From Candidatus Saccharimonadota bacterium (lineage in GTDB: Bacteria; Patescibacteriota; Saccharimonadia; Saccharimonadales; JAGQMS01), in contig JAYSUL010000024.1 of assembly GCA_043719125.1 (NCBI GenBank), forward strand, positions 1 through 40,410: a stretch of 40,410 nucleotides of DNA. Reading direction: 5' to 3'. This document shows positions 9,729-17,941 of the stretch, in pieces; position 1 is the first letter of the stretch; every line of letters begins with the position of its first letter. The translations under genes and the position numbers were made by a program. A model generated the notes under the pieces. The model was not told the origin of the DNA. It searched no databases and saw nothing but the letters and a program-made list of their open reading frames with translations.

Positions 9729-10541
9729 ATGGACATTATAAAAGCTCTACTTCTTGGGATCATCGAGGGAATTACTGAATTTCTACCTGTCTCGTCAACG
9801 GCGCACTTAGTAGTCTCCGAAAAAGTCCTGGGATATAAAGATACTGCAGCGATATTTACTGTTGTAATCCAGCTAGGAGCCATCCTTGCCGCTGCCTGGT
9901 ATTTCCGTAAAGATTTGACATATATCATTCGTAGTTTGATAGCACGTGACAAGGAGATGACCAGTTTTGCCGGTAGTGTCATAGTCGGCGTGCTACCAGC
10001 GGCGCTAGTGGGTCTCGTAGTTGAAAAAACAATTGGGCTACCCGACTCTCTATGGCTGATATCGGCCATGCTCATCTTGGGAGGAATTGCATTTATCTTG
10101 ATTGAAAATATGAGCCACAAACCTCCCAGTAAGTTAGGTGATGTACGCTACGAAGACATCACCGCCAAAAAGTCATTACTGATCGGGCTAGGACAATGCC
10201 TCAGCATTATCCCCGGTGTATCACGATCTGGAGCTACGATCATGACCGGGCTAATTGTGGGGTTAGACCGCAAGACTGCTACAGTTTTCTCGTTCTATCT
10301 CAGTATCCCTATCATGCTGGCCGCCAGCGCACTGAAGCTAGCAAGTGATCATTCGGCTATTAGCTCTATTAGCGGTGGCTCATCAGCTCTCATCGTCGGA
10401 CTGCTCAGTTCATTTATCACTGCCTGCATCGTCATAACGTGGCTTCTGAAATATGTTACAAAAAACGACTTCAAGCCGTTTGCCTACTACCGTATCGGGC
10501 TGGGTCTGATCATCCTCATTGCACTAGCTGTGCAAAACTAA
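9729..10541 (+). CDS. uppP: Undecaprenyl-diphosphate phosphatase
   Basis: 270 aa with the hallmark GIIEGITEFLPVSSTAHL and PGVSRSGATI motifs and multiple TM segments. Confidence 0.95.
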   Translation: MDIIKALLLGIIEGITEFLPVSSTAHLVVSEKVLGYKDTAAIFTVVIQLGAILAAAWYFRKDLTYIIRSLIARDKEMTSFAGSVIVGVLPAALVGLVVEKTIGLPDSLWLISAMLILGGIAFILIENMSHKPPSKLGDVRYEDITAKKSLLIGLGQCLSIIPGVSRSGATIMTGLIVGLDRKTATVFSFYLSIPIMLAASALKLASDHSAISSISGGSSALIVGLLSSFITACIVITWLLKYVTKNDFKPFAYYRIGLGLIILIALAVQN

Positions 10542-10839
10542 GTACCAAATTTGTTGTAATCACTACTCAGTGAGAGTACATTGACTATTAACGTACTTTT
10601 CATGAGTGGAGTAGCAGTCGCTTATCGCACACCGTGATAGGCAATGACTGTGAAAACAAAGAATTGGTACCGTTATTTAACAGCCATGAACGTTAATTTA
10701 GTAAAGGAGAAGTGGCGCTAATTGTGTATATATTAGTACATGGCTAGCGTCACTCCTCCTGCTAGTGATGCCACAGAACACCGCAGGAATCGAAGTAAAC
10801 CGGGGGCAACCCCTCAACCGAACCCTGGAGGTTCACATC

Positions 10840-11274
10840 ATGAAGCAACCACCCATCCATCGACGGACCTGGGCAGCTGTGATGCTGCTCGCGTTCGTCA
10901 TCGCTGCTGTCGTCGCCGGGCTGTTCGCTCTCGCGTCGCCGGATCAGACCACTGCTGCACCTCTGACAATCGTCGCCGCCGTGGCAATGATCGCCGCTGT
11001 CGTCATCGTCGCCGCCACCAAGAAGCGAGACGAGACGTTCACTGAGACCGCCCTCACCATGCTCAGCACGGCCGCATCGGCCATCATGCTGGCTCTGGGC
11101 ATCGCTCCGAACTTCCGCACGGCCATGGCGGGACCGGACATCGACGTCGGCAGTTTCCGGCACCAACGACACCCGACGAACCTCCGCACCCGACGCGTCG
11201 ATCGACGGCATGGGCACGGCAACTTCGGCACCGATCCGGACCGTTCGGCGACCTCCGCCGTGCACCAGACCTGA
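10840..11274 (+). CDS. Small membrane protein encoded in the high-GC island (best gene model)
   Basis: ATG at 10840 lies 8 nt after GGAGG (10827-10831). G/C-rich third codon positions. Three hydrophobic spans (AAVMLLAFVIAAVVAGLFALA, LTIVAAVAMIAAVVIVAA, LSTAASAIMLALGIA). The R/H-rich C-terminal tail looks degenerate. Confidence 0.45.
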   Translation: MKQPPIHRRTWAAVMLLAFVIAAVVAGLFALASPDQTTAAPLTIVAAVAMIAAVVIVAATKKRDETFTETALTMLSTAASAIMLALGIAPNFRTAMAGPDIDVGSFRHQRHPTNLRTRRVDRRHGHGNFGTDPDRSATSAVHQT

Positions 11275-11302
11275 CCGACAAGCAGGAGAAGTCCTCCAGA
11301 AA

Positions 11303-11332
11303 GGGAGGTCCGGGGTTCGCCCCGGGCCTCTC
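11303..11332 (+). terminator. GC-rich TTCG-capped hairpin at the 3' edge of the high-GC island
   Basis: Core stem ccgggg / ccccgg with loop ttcg, extendable to about 13 bp with wobbles. No U tail. Confidence 0.4.
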
Positions 11333-11378
11333 CCTTGGAGAAAATTAACGGACGTGGCTGTAAAGCCAAGCTTATTCC

Positions 11379-11411
11379 ACCATCCGATTTACATCGGATG
11401 GTTTTGTTTTT
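11379..11411 (+). terminator. Intrinsic terminator (native composition) after the island
   Basis: accatccgat-ttac-atcggatggt followed by tttgttttt. Confidence 0.7.
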
Positions 11412-11519
11412 ATCTAATAGATCCGCTGGTATTTGACATGAGCCAAACAAAAAGTCCGAGCTCAATCACAAACAACACAATGAGGATAATCGTGCGCTTT
11501 GTCTCGAAGTTTAACTTTT

Positions 11520-12122
11520 TCATTGCCCTTGCTCCATCTCAACTGGCTTTGCGATCACAACAAGCCTGTTTTCTGCCGTTATAATAGGTGTGCAGGTATA
11601 AAGCGTCAATGTACGGCCATAAGTATTACCCTCTATCTCTACAGCGCTCTCAGGCACGGTTTTTGTTTCGGTCACTATATAGATTAGTTCCTCACCTTCC
11701 CAGTAAATAGCCAACTTATCACCTACTTTAACTTTATCGAGGTTATAAAACCCGCTATCTGGCTTTTGGTAGGTAAATCTATGAGCCACAATTACCGTAT
11801 TTCCTACCTCTTTTGGCGATATAACATGTAAATCTTTACGCCAAGCACCGCCTTTATCAATAACCCAAAGACCATTCCCCTCCAGTACGGGCTGATCGAT
11901 CAGCGCAGTAGGTATGACTATTCTGTTTTCTTTGGGAGTTGGCTTAACGACACCAGTCTTTACTGTATCGCCCCTTAGTGTACCGGCGTATGGAGCAGAA
12001 GCAGACTTGTCCTTGAATATAAAGATGATCTTAGGCCAATATGGAGCTACAAGTATATATAGCGCAAATAGCACCACAACGGATGTCAGTAGCTGGTTAA
12101 TCTTTTTATGTGTCAGCTTCAT
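11520..12122 (-). CDS. Sortase family transpeptidase
   Basis: 200 aa with an N-terminal TM anchor, the catalytic His context VIVAHRF and the TLxTC motif (LTLYTCTP). Stop is TGA. Confidence 0.9.
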   Translation of the reverse strand: MKLTHKKINQLLTSVVVLFALYILVAPYWPKIIFIFKDKSASAPYAGTLRGDTVKTGVVKPTPKENRIVIPTALIDQPVLEGNGLWVIDKGGAWRKDLHVISPKEVGNTVIVAHRFTYQKPDSGFYNLDKVKVGDKLAIYWEGEELIYIVTETKTVPESAVEIEGNTYGRTLTLYTCTPIITAENRLVVIAKPVEMEQGQ

Positions 12123-12274
12123 TAATAGTATTATCTCAGAAATTGAAAAGACCCTCGGACTTTTCTCTGAAACTCGCCGAAGCGAGGAGAATTTCCAAGG
12201 GCCATACGACCAAAAAGGGACGAGCGATTGTAGCGCTCTCTACACCCACTTTCTGGTCAAGGGCTGCAATCCGT

Positions 12275-12580
12275 CTACCCGTAGAGGTTGAAGAACGCGT
12301 TCGGGATGAACATGAACGGTGATGCCACCGCCATGACCAGGGCCCCCTTGTAGTACTTTTTGATGAAATCGAATGGTCCAGCAGGTTTGGTGCTGAGAAA
12401 CTTCGATCCCACGTAAGTCACGATTAGCCAAAAGATGGCCGCCCAGATGAACAAGATCGTAAACGCAATTACTGGCGTTATAATCATGTCCCCCAGACCA
12501 GACCACCATTCGGTGCTCTTGAGCACCGCGGCATCCGCGATATCATCAGTTGGCGTTGAGGCCGCGATGAAATCATACAT
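12275..12580 (-). CDS. Small membrane protein (2-3 TM), compositionally atypical
   Basis: 101 aa with SD gaggaggg before the ATG. Elevated GC (36/60 at 12481-12540, 33/60 at 12301-12360) and G/C-rich third codon positions. Vaguely resembles a VirB2/TrbC-type pilin or a holin; not established. Confidence 0.6.
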   Translation of the reverse strand: MYDFIAASTPTDDIADAAVLKSTEWWSGLGDMIITPVIAFTILFIWAAIFWLIVTYVGSKFLSTKPAGPFDFIKKYYKGALVMAVASPFMFIPNAFFNLYG

Positions 12581-12639
12581 TGTTCCCTCCTCAGGGACGA
12601 GAGGCGCAGCCTCTGAGACCCACTCTGGGTCTTGTGTCT

Positions 12640-12668
12640 ATTATAGCATATAATATATATATGCACAA
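12640..12668 (-). promoter_or_regulatory. Sigma70-type promoter for the 101-aa membrane protein
   Basis: On the minus strand: TTGTGC, 17 nt, TATAAT. The roughly 53-nt leader forms three consecutive short hairpins (12616-12632, 12600-12614, 12584-12597); the last overlaps the SD. Confidence 0.5.
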
Positions 12669-12728
12669 TAGACCAATCGTGAACTACAGGTATTTGAGCT
12701 GTCGGATAAAAGCTGTATAGTCGTATGC

Positions 12729-13382
12729 ATGCACGGTTTCACAGAGGCATCAGAACAGCTAATACAATATGCTCTAGAATCCATTGAGCAACGGTTTGGG
12801 CTAGCTAGTAAATCCCCAAAACCTTACCATAATATTGAACATACGAGTTTTGCGATTGATAGTGCTAAATCGCTCGCCAAATGCTCTCATTTGCCACAAA
12901 GAGACAGTCTACTGCTAACCGTTGCGGCAGCATTTCATGACTTTGTACATAACGGAGATTCTGACCCCGCTAATGAGCAACTCAGCGCCGAAGAGGCTGA
13001 AAAGAAGATGAGAGAACACCCAGTTTTCACTAGTACCGACATAAATCGTGTACGACGGATGATACTTGCGACCAACTGCACGGCAAAGTATCCAAAAATC
13101 ATACAATCACCTACCGAGGATGATGTTTGCGCTAAGATACTTTGTGACGCCGACCTATCATCATTTGGTAAACCATATGAGGAATTTATGGCAAGTGCCA
13201 GCTACTACTTCGACGAGCTATATCCGGGCGTCGAAAAGGACTCTGATCAGTACAAAAGATACCTCGAGGCCGAAATTGTAATACTTAGTAATCATGAGTT
13301 CTGGACAACCGAAGCATCAGACATGTTTCCGCATACAGCGGAGAACATCCAAAGGCTTAAAGGGGCGGTAAGGTCGTTTTAG
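12729..13382 (+). CDS. HD-domain phosphohydrolase
   Basis: 217 aa with the H...HD...D signature (HNIEHT, AAAFHDFVH, CDADL). Confidence 0.85.
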   Translation: MHGFTEASEQLIQYALESIEQRFGLASKSPKPYHNIEHTSFAIDSAKSLAKCSHLPQRDSLLLTVAAAFHDFVHNGDSDPANEQLSAEEAEKKMREHPVFTSTDINRVRRMILATNCTAKYPKIIQSPTEDDVCAKILCDADLSSFGKPYEEFMASASYYFDELYPGVEKDSDQYKRYLEAEIVILSNHEFWTTEASDMFPHTAENIQRLKGAVRSF

Positions 13383-13413
13383 AATACTTTCTAAAGGAGT
13401 ATACTTCTCGATA

Positions 13414-13983
13414 ATGCTCAAGTTAATCAATATCATCATGAAGTTACTGCTTGCAGGGCTCGTCGTTCATGCGATGCTTTTTAACGAACTGACGCAGTAC
13501 CGAGCCAAGGCATTTGGCATCAGAATGGCCCTCTATCCACTTGTCGCATGCGCTACTTATGTCTTTTATGTGACCCGACTAAAGAAGCGGAAGCCCAGCT
13601 ACCCCATCATCGCAGACTTGTGTCTGACTACTGTTGTATTCGCTGACTTTGCCGGAAATACGCTAAATCTCTACGACTCAATTGCATGGTGGGACGACGC
13701 GATGCACTTTTTGATATCGATACCCTGGGTTATTGCCGGCGGATTGTTGCTCCAACGCTACAGCAAAGGTAAGCTAACAACTTTCATGCTTGTAGCTGGC
13801 TACGGGGCAATTACCCATATCATCTGGGAGATATTTGAGTACTTTTCCTTTGTACGTAGCAACTCGAGTGAGTTCGCAACCGCCTACGAAGATACCATCT
13901 ATGACCTAATACTATCTCTTTCTGGGGCTATTGTTGGTGCGCTGATTTGTGTGTATATGCTGAAGCCGGCAAAAAAGAAGTAG
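13414..13983 (+). CDS. Hypothetical polytopic membrane protein
   Basis: 189 aa with 4-5 hydrophobic spans. No family recognised. Confidence 0.6.
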   Translation: MLKLINIIMKLLLAGLVVHAMLFNELTQYRAKAFGIRMALYPLVACATYVFYVTRLKKRKPSYPIIADLCLTTVVFADFAGNTLNLYDSIAWWDDAMHFLISIPWVIAGGLLLQRYSKGKLTTFMLVAGYGAITHIIWEIFEYFSFVRSNSSEFATAYEDTIYDLILSLSGAIVGALICVYMLKPAKKK

Positions 13984-14242
13984 TCCGTAGATACTGGACG
14001 CATTCAGTATCTACCAAAGAAAAACCCGCCATTTAAATTGCGGAGCTTTCATTTATTTAAGGGCAAGATTCGGTCACCTTTGGCGACCCCGAAACTGCAC
14101 TATCGAAAACAAGTTTTCGTCGGAAGGTTTCCTTGAAATTCGCCACTGGCGAATTTCACCTCCGATCTCTTTTCGGTCGACAGTGTTCAATATTATCGAT
14201 ATAAACCAATATAAAAGCCGGTCTACTGACCGACTTATATAT

Positions 14243-14319
14243 TGGTGCACCCGGCAAGATTCGAACCTACGACCTCCTGTACCGCAAACAGACGCTCTAT
14301 CCAGCTGAGCTACGGGTGC
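14243..14319 (-). tRNA. tRNA-Arg (anticodon GCG)
   Basis: The reverse complement folds as a 77-nt cloverleaf: GCACCCG acceptor, GCTC/GAGC D stem, anticodon loop TTGCGGT, T loop TTCGAAT and encoded CCA. Confidence 0.85.
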
Positions 14320-14377
14320 ATAACTCACTAACAGGGGTGATTATAGCAGGTTTATCTGTTAAAATAAAGACTCAGAT

Positions 14378-14467
14378 GGAGAGGTCGCATAGTCCGGTCT
14401 AGTGCGCTAGTTTCGAAAACTAGTGTGGGGCAACCCACCGCGAGTTCGAATCTCGCCCTCTCCGCCA
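14378..14467 (+). tRNA. tRNA-Ser (anticodon CGA)
   Basis: 90 nt with GGAGAGG acceptor, anticodon arm CTAGT-TTCGAAA-ACTAG, a long variable arm (TGTGGGGCAACCCACC), T loop TTCGAAT and encoded CCA. Confidence 0.9.
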
Positions 14468-14472
14468 GGAGA

Positions 14473-14510
14473 AAACCGCCCAGCCCTTCATGGCTGGGCG
14501 GTTTCTTCTT
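14473..14510 (+). terminator. Intrinsic terminator after tRNA-Ser(CGA)
   Basis: 13-bp stem aaaccgcccagcc / ggctgggcggttt followed by cttctt. Confidence 0.8.
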
Positions 14511-14591
14511 GTATAGAAGGAGATTTGAGCTAAAGAGTTCAATTTTCAGTCTGTTGCCCGAGCAGACTCGGCGCACAGATTGAAATAATGT

Positions 14592-14614
14592 ATCTCGCCC
14601 TCTCCACCAGGAGA
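14592..14614 (+). repeat. Direct repeat of the tRNA-Ser(CGA) 3' end plus flank (att-like scar)
   Basis: atctcgccctctccAccaggaga matches 14450-14472 (atctcgccctctccGccaggaga) at 22 of 23 positions. The repeat includes 5 nt beyond the CCA. Confidence 0.75.
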
Positions 14615-14657
14615 GTTTGTAGTAAATAGTATAGGCTTCATCTTACTACAAAGTCTT

Positions 14658-15335
14658 TTAGCCCGATGCTTCTTCCAATTTGTCTAGCTTACGTATTGTA
14701 AATAAATGGTCTACTTGCTTAACGAGGCCTTCCTCAAAGAGCTCACCGAGCGCCCGACTGGCTGTTTCCCTGGTCATATTTATTGAGTCAGCTATATCTT
14801 GATGAGTTATGGGCGCATCGATTAAGACTTCATTCCCTTGAGTCTTGCCAAACATTTCTGTTAGATTTAGTAGTTCAGCGATTAGTCTTTCACGTGCAGT
14901 CCTAAACTCAAGGGTTTGTATTCTCTGTCCGTACGCCGTAATGATATTTACCGACTGTTTCAATATCTCTTGGCTCAGTGTGTTGTTTTTTTCCATTTCA
15001 GACCGCAATTTTTCTTTAGTTGTTTTTAGTACTACTACATCAGACATTGCCTGGTAGCACAAACCTTCTGTATGAACGCCATCTAATGCCCAGATTAGTG
15101 GAATGAATTCGCCCTTATCATGTATAAGTAGAAGATTTTCTTGTCCAGCCTTGGTAATCGTAAAAGCTTTTACAAATCCTCTTTTGATGAGATATACACC
15201 CTGAGGTCCATCGATACCATTGATGATTGCTTCTCCTTTAGAAAACCGTGCGATTACACCGTCACTAAAACTAGCATCTATGTTATTGCCTTTGATTTCT
15301 TCGATAGGTTTGATAGCTAAAGGTTTATTAGTCAT
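14658..15335 (-). CDS. Crp/Fnr family transcriptional regulator
   Basis: 225 aa with an N-terminal cNMP-binding beta-roll (GEAIINGIDGPQGVYLIKRGFVK) and a C-terminal HTH (THQDIADSINMTRETASRALGELFEEGLV). Confidence 0.9.
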   Translation of the reverse strand: MTNKPLAIKPIEEIKGNNIDASFSDGVIARFSKGEAIINGIDGPQGVYLIKRGFVKAFTITKAGQENLLLIHDKGEFIPLIWALDGVHTEGLCYQAMSDVVVLKTTKEKLRSEMEKNNTLSQEILKQSVNIITAYGQRIQTLEFRTARERLIAELLNLTEMFGKTQGNEVLIDAPITHQDIADSINMTRETASRALGELFEEGLVKQVDHLFTIRKLDKLEEASG

Positions 15336-15425
15336 TAAGGGCAGTATATCAGGTAGCTAGTTATGCTGTTTTGCAAAAACACACTAAACCGAGCCCCAAC
15401 AATACCGAATTATAGTCTTCTGCTT

Positions 15426-15441
15426 TGTGCTATAAGTCACA
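15426..15441. promoter_or_regulatory. CRP/FNR-type palindromic box
   Basis: TGTGC-tataag-TCACA, against the consensus TGTGA-N6-TCACA. It lies in the divergent region between the Crp-family gene and the Lmo0937-family gene. Confidence 0.45.
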
Positions 15442-15553
15442 TACGTCACAAGTGTATAGGTCTATGATAGAAACACTGAACCATCTTTTGTTTTTGTAAT
15501 CAAAAGTGGCAATAAGACGAGAATTTAAAGAGTAAGTAAAAGGAGGTTTTTAG

Positions 15554-15703
15554 ATGTTGACGACCATAGCAATAGTACTAGCAGTACTCTGGGCACTGGG
15601 TTATTTTGTGGTGGATATAGGTGGAGGTCTTATTCATGTACTTTTAGTAATCGCACTGGTTGTATTTATTTACAACATGGTTGTAGGCAGACGATCCGTT
15701 TAG
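15554..15703 (+). CDS. Lmo0937 family small membrane protein
   Basis: 49 aa, below the ORF-track cut-off: MLTTIAIVLAVLWALGYFVVDIGGGLIHVLLVIALVVFIYNMVVGRRSV. Strong SD aaaaggagg. GGLIH and the terminal GRR are typical of the family. Confidence 0.8.
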   Translation: MLTTIAIVLAVLWALGYFVVDIGGGLIHVLLVIALVVFIYNMVVGRRSV

Positions 15704-15740
15704 CTGTGATAATCTAGAAGTAAATTGTCTCGAACTTTCT

Positions 15741-15788
15741 ACGTAATAGTAAAAGACCTCCGTATCAGGAGGTCTTTTACTATTACGT
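15741..15788. terminator. Bidirectional terminator between convergent genes
   Basis: Perfect 21-bp stem acgtaatagtaaaagacctcc / ggaggtcttttactattacgt with loop gtatca. Confidence 0.8.
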
Positions 15789-15801
15789 AAGTCATTTACT
15801 A

Positions 15802-16011
15802 CTAAGCATTCCTGTTTCTCATTTGCTGAGCCATTCGCCTAAACTCTTGTCTCATGGGACCAGCGTCTTCAATTAACTCGTGCTCAATATCAGAAGTCAT
15901 ATGGGTATTCCTTCGGTCGCGTGGTTCATTGGGGTTTTTGGAATATACTAGGAAATTTTTATTTGATTGCTTTTGATATCTGTCTTTTGTTGCTGAATAT
16001 GTTCGTGACAT
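15802..16011 (-). CDS. Small hydrophilic hypothetical protein
   Basis: 69 aa with SD ggagg 6 nt before the ATG. Highly charged. No family recognised. Confidence 0.6.
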   Translation of the reverse strand: MSRTYSATKDRYQKQSNKNFLVYSKNPNEPRDRRNTHMTSDIEHELIEDAGPMRQEFRRMAQQMRNRNA

Positions 16012-16196
16012 ACTTGCTCCTCCGATTATTAGCTTTCAAAAACGAAGCCTAGCATTTTACTGGGCACCTAACTTTCTTAGAGATGTGCGTAAAATAATAG
16101 CTTATAACAATAGGATAGTCCTATTTTCGACTGAAGTATGTGTGCTTCATCACGATACACCCTGTATTTAGGAGTATGTTCAGGACTTCTTGATCA

Positions 16197-17459
16197 CTAG
16201 CCCTGGATCATTGGAGGTCGGCGGGTGTATGTACGCGATGGTGGTGGTGCCGGCTGAGTGGTTGGAGTGCTTGCTGTCGCCGAGGTAGCTTGTTCTGGTG
16301 ACTCAAGCGTCACATTGGGTACGGTCACCTCCCCTACTGGCTCTGTTGATACCTCCCGCTGTACCGCTCCATGCGCTTCAGTAAGCGGAGTAGGTTCTAG
16401 AGACGATTCATGCACCACTTCATCCTCATGCTCATCCTTTTTGTGCCTCGTAATGAGAAGCAGACCATACGTAATAAGCGCAGGGATAGTATAGGCAATC
16501 CCAAAAATAAGGCTGTACCGAGAATAGGAAATATTGATCTGCTTAAAAATTGGATCGATTAAATTTTGAGTGAAGCTCGCCTGTGTACCGAGTGTATTAG
16601 TACTCCAACCGTTGAGTCTTTCAAATGCGGGACGAAGAAATAGCCCAGAAACTATCAGCACAATTCCCGTAAATAATAGCCCACCAGCAAATCTGCGCAC
16701 ACCCTTACGGCGCGAGGTGCTCATAAATATCATAACGAGAGCCGAGATTACCGTCAGTCCAACGATTACCCATGGTCCATATATAAGTGCCTTATAGGCT
16801 CTCGGCACCCATGGAAGTGCTGATGCAATGCGCTTTGGTTCAGCAACATCACCACTATGGAGCTTCACGTCATCACCCGTGTATTTCACCTGAGGCAAAA
16901 TGTCTTTACTTTCTGATAATTCCTGCTCAAATGAAGCTAGCTCCTGTGTCAAATCGATACCCTTTGGCCGACAATCTGCCTTAAAAGGATCAAAAGCCTG
17001 CACCGTAAACCTGCCAGTGTTCGCGCATTCAGGCAAGGTATCAATCTTTTGCTCAAGCTTTACAGTCATAGCTGTCGCAAATAATGATTGCCTGCTAGCA
17101 AAATCTACACTAAATTCCGGCCCTGTTGTGTCGCCCCTAAACCAGCCGTAGAATCCGTCAATAACCCCCTCCATGTCCGACTGCAGGCCTTCTGGGGTAA
17201 ATGTAGCCTTAGCAGCCGATTGAATATCCTCACTAGTGATTTGGACAAGGGAGTTTTCTTGCTTCTGTTGAATTGTGGCGAGCTTGCTAACTTCGTCGAC
17301 AACATTGGAATACACACCACTCTGATCAAGCCACAGCTTGACAGTCGTTGAATCCCGCAGCATAAAGAAAGAAGAAACTGCCGTAGCTGACAAAAATAAC
17401 AGCCAAGCATACATCGAAGACGCCATAAAAAGTGTAAATGCTCGTACCACCCGTTTCAT
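16197..17459 (-). CDS. Hypothetical polytopic membrane protein with a Pro/Thr-rich C-terminus
   Basis: ATG at 17459; the ORF extends to a TTG at 17501. N-terminal TM, a large extracytoplasmic segment, four C-terminal TMs and a low-complexity tail (TSATASTPTTQPAPPPS). Confidence 0.65.
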   Translation of the reverse strand: MKRVVRAFTLFMASSMYAWLLFLSATAVSSFFMLRDSTTVKLWLDQSGVYSNVVDEVSKLATIQQKQENSLVQITSEDIQSAAKATFTPEGLQSDMEGVIDGFYGWFRGDTTGPEFSVDFASRQSLFATAMTVKLEQKIDTLPECANTGRFTVQAFDPFKADCRPKGIDLTQELASFEQELSESKDILPQVKYTGDDVKLHSGDVAEPKRIASALPWVPRAYKALIYGPWVIVGLTVISALVMIFMSTSRRKGVRRFAGGLLFTGIVLIVSGLFLRPAFERLNGWSTNTLGTQASFTQNLIDPIFKQINISYSRYSLIFGIAYTIPALITYGLLLITRHKKDEHEDEVVHESSLEPTPLTEAHGAVQREVSTEPVGEVTVPNVTLESPEQATSATASTPTTQPAPPPSRTYTRRPPMIQG

Positions 17460-17542
17460 ATTGCTTAAGTATACATACGGTACGGGTCTGGCGCTAGACA
17501 AAAACTGAGCTATTGACCCATCGCCCCCTACCGCTATACCCT

Positions 17543-17941
17543 ATGGACATGACAGACAGTGTTTTTACAAAAATTATTAATGGTGAATTGCCTGCACACC
17601 GCATATATGAGGACAAGGAATGTGTCGTGATCTTGGACATTCACCCCGTCCAGCCAGGCCATGCGCTTGTCATCCCAAAAAAGCAGATTGAATTTATCTG
17701 GGACCTGGATGATGACCTGTACCATCACCTCTGGGATGTCGCAAAAAAAATAGCAAAGAAGCAAGTTGAAGCTATAGGCACTGACCGTACAAGTATTATC
17801 GTAGACGGCGAACAGGTTCCTCACGCCCATATTCAGCTCATACCCACAAACCACGCCGAAGATCTTCATGCACAGCCACCGACTGATGTAGACCACGATG
17901 CTCTGAGAGATATGGCCACAAAGTTACGCTATGAGAAATAA
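17543..17941 (+). CDS. HIT family (histidine triad) protein
   Basis: FTKIINGELPAHRIYEDKECVVILDIHPVQPGHALVIPK and the triad VPHAHIQLIP. The stop overlaps the start of the next gene. Confidence 0.9.
   Translation: MDMTDSVFTKIINGELPAHRIYEDKECVVILDIHPVQPGHALVIPKKQIEFIWDLDDDLYHHLWDVAKKIAKKQVEAIGTDRTSIIVDGEQVPHAHIQLIPTNHAEDLHAQPPTDVDHDALRDMATKLRYEK

Larger units (their letters stand above)
10740..11345. other. Sharply bounded high-GC island (foreign-looking DNA)
   Basis: Hand count gives 41/60 G+C at 10861-10920, against 21/60 at 11701-11760 (sortase) and 25/60 at 20401-20460 (valS). Long ORFs are open in several frames on both strands, as expected for high-GC DNA. Confidence 0.8.

Noticed and set aside
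10740-11465. Multiple overlapping 65-173-aa ORFs on both strands of the high-GC island.
   Set aside because: They are mutually exclusive and Arg/Ser/Gly/His-rich, as out-of-frame high-GC reads usually are. Only the 10840-11274 model has an SD and TM-helix composition.
14040-14200. A cluster of perfect hairpins (for example gaaattcgcc-act-ggcgaatttc and cgaaaac-aa-gttttcg) considered as an SRP or other small RNA.
   Set aside because: There is no SRP domain IV motif (GGAA tetraloop with AGCAGCC-type loops) and no promoter was seen. These are more simply terminator or spacer hairpins between convergent units.
14074-14576. ORFs 14074-14328 and 14352-14576.
   Set aside because: They are translations across tRNA-Arg and tRNA-Ser genes (the typical AQLDRAS and RFELA strings), not proteins.
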